Assembly: GCA_965205265.1 (NCBI GenBank)
Contig: CBDBGH010000003.1
Location: 576,001-640,000, forward strand
DNA length: 64,000 bases
Direction of reading: 5' to 3'
Origin: Alphaproteobacteria bacterium
Lineage (GTDB): Bacteria; Pseudomonadota; Alphaproteobacteria; Bin95
The notes beneath the pieces are model-generated. The model was given only the letters and a program-made list of their open reading frames with translations, did no database searches and was not told the DNA's origin. How positions within the stretch are numbered: position 1 is the first letter of the stretch; each line of letters starts with the position of its first letter. A program made the translations under genes and the position numbers. Positions 62,974 through 64,000 of this stretch are shown one piece after another.

Positions 62974-64000
62974 CTACTCCAGGAGCTCCGCGGTCTCGAC
63001 CACCGCATGGAAGAGCACGTCGCAGCCCCGGGCGGCCCATTCCGGCGAAATCTCCTCGGCCTCGTTGTGGCTCAGCCCGTCCACGCAGGGGCACATCACC
63101 ATCGCCGCCGGCGCGATCTTGTTGATCCAGCAGGCGTCGTGGCCGGCGCCCGAGACGATATCCATGTGGGAATAGCCGAGCCGCTCCGCTGCATCGCGCA
63201 CCGCCGTGACGCAGCCGTGATGGAACTCGGGCGGGTCGAAGCTGCCGACGATCTCCGTTTCGATTTCGCAGCCCAGCGCCTCGCAGATCGCGGGCGCCTT
63301 CTCCATGACCTCGGCCACCATGCCCTCCAGCGTTTCCAGCACATGGCTGCGGAAATCGATGGTGCACACGACCCGGCCCGGGATGATGTTGCGCGAGTTC
63401 GGATAGACATCGACATGGCCGATGGCGCCGACCGCGTTGGGCTGGTGCTTCATCGCGACCTCGTGGACCAGCTCGGTGATCTGCGCCAGCCCGCGCCCGG
63501 CATTGCGGCGCATGGCCATGGGCGTCGAGCCGGTATGGCTTTCCTTGCCGGTTATCCGGCACTCGATCCAGCGCAGTCCCTGGCCGTGGGTGACGACGCC
63601 GATATCGCACTCCTCGGCCTCCAGGATCGGCCCCTGCTCGATGTGCAACTCGAAATAGGCGTGCATCCTGCGCGCGCCGGTCTCTTCCTCGCCGCGCCAG
63701 CCGATGCGCTCGAGTTCGTCCCCGAAGCGCTTGCCGTCCGCGTCCGTCAGGCCGTAGGCCCAGTCCTGGGTGTGGACGCCGGCGAAGACGCCCGACGCCA
63801 GCATGGGCGGCGCGTAGCGCGTGCCTTCCTCATTGGTCCAGTTGATGACCGCGATCGGGCGCCTGGTGCTGATTCCCAGATCGTTGAGGGTCCGCACGAT
63901 CTCGAGCCCGCCGAGCACGCCGAGCACGCCGTCATACTTGCCGCCGGTCGGCTGCGTATCGAGATGGCTGCCGACGAAGACCGGCAGCGCGTCGGGGTCG
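62974..64000 (-). CDS. Zn-dependent hydrolase, beta-ureidopropionase-like (5' end outside window)
   Basis: GSHLDTQPTGGKYDG, NEEG.R, ELHIEQG, SGAGHDA. Confidence 0.9.
   Translation of the reverse strand, partial: DPDALPVFVGSHLDTQPTGGKYDGVLGVLGGLEIVRTLNDLGISTRRPIAVINWTNEEGTRYAPPMLASGVFAGVHTQDWAYGLTDADGKRFGDELERIGWRGEEETGARRMHAYFELHIEQGPILEAEECDIGVVTHGQGLRWIECRITGKESHTGSTPMAMRRNAGRGLAQITELVHEVAMKHQPNAVGAIGHVDVYPNSRNIIPGRVVCTIDFRSHVLETLEGMVAEVMEKAPAICEALGCEIETEIVGSFDPPEFHHGCVTAVRDAAERLGYSHMDIVSGAGHDACWINKIAPAAMVMCPCVDGLSHNEAEEISPEWAARGCDVLFHAVVETAELLE

Overview
High-GC, Alphaproteobacteria-like chromosomal window with two core-gene flanks around a ~35 kb accessory region (about 6.1-41 kb). The left flank (1-6.1 kb) holds an ornithine decarboxylase, erpA, xth, mobA, fdhD and moeA. 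The right flank (41-64 kb) holds a formate dehydrogenase beta-like subunit, ettA, map, radC, rsmE, gshA, an amidase, pncA, tRNA-Glu and a pyrimidine uptake/catabolism operon. The first part of the accessory region is a 14.4 kb composite transposon (6271-20689, 8-bp TSD ATACCACG) bounded by the ends of two different IS66 elements. It carries a secreted cyanovirin-N-like lectin and a Fic toxin-antitoxin pair. Its second IS66 is parasitised three ways: an IS110/IS1111 element sits inside its left inverted repeat, with a 3' non-coding region showing target- and donor-matching segments (bridge/seekRNA-like); a group II intron sits in tnpC; and an IS21 sits inside that intron. The second part is a cluster of an MpaB-like heme oxygenase, an SRPBCC protein, three paralogous atypical P450s, an RND pump and SulP, three genes of which are broken by IS insertions with intact target duplications (one is 146 bp long). 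Nested miniature repeats occur in the right flank. Family assignments come from motif recognition by eye, not database searches.
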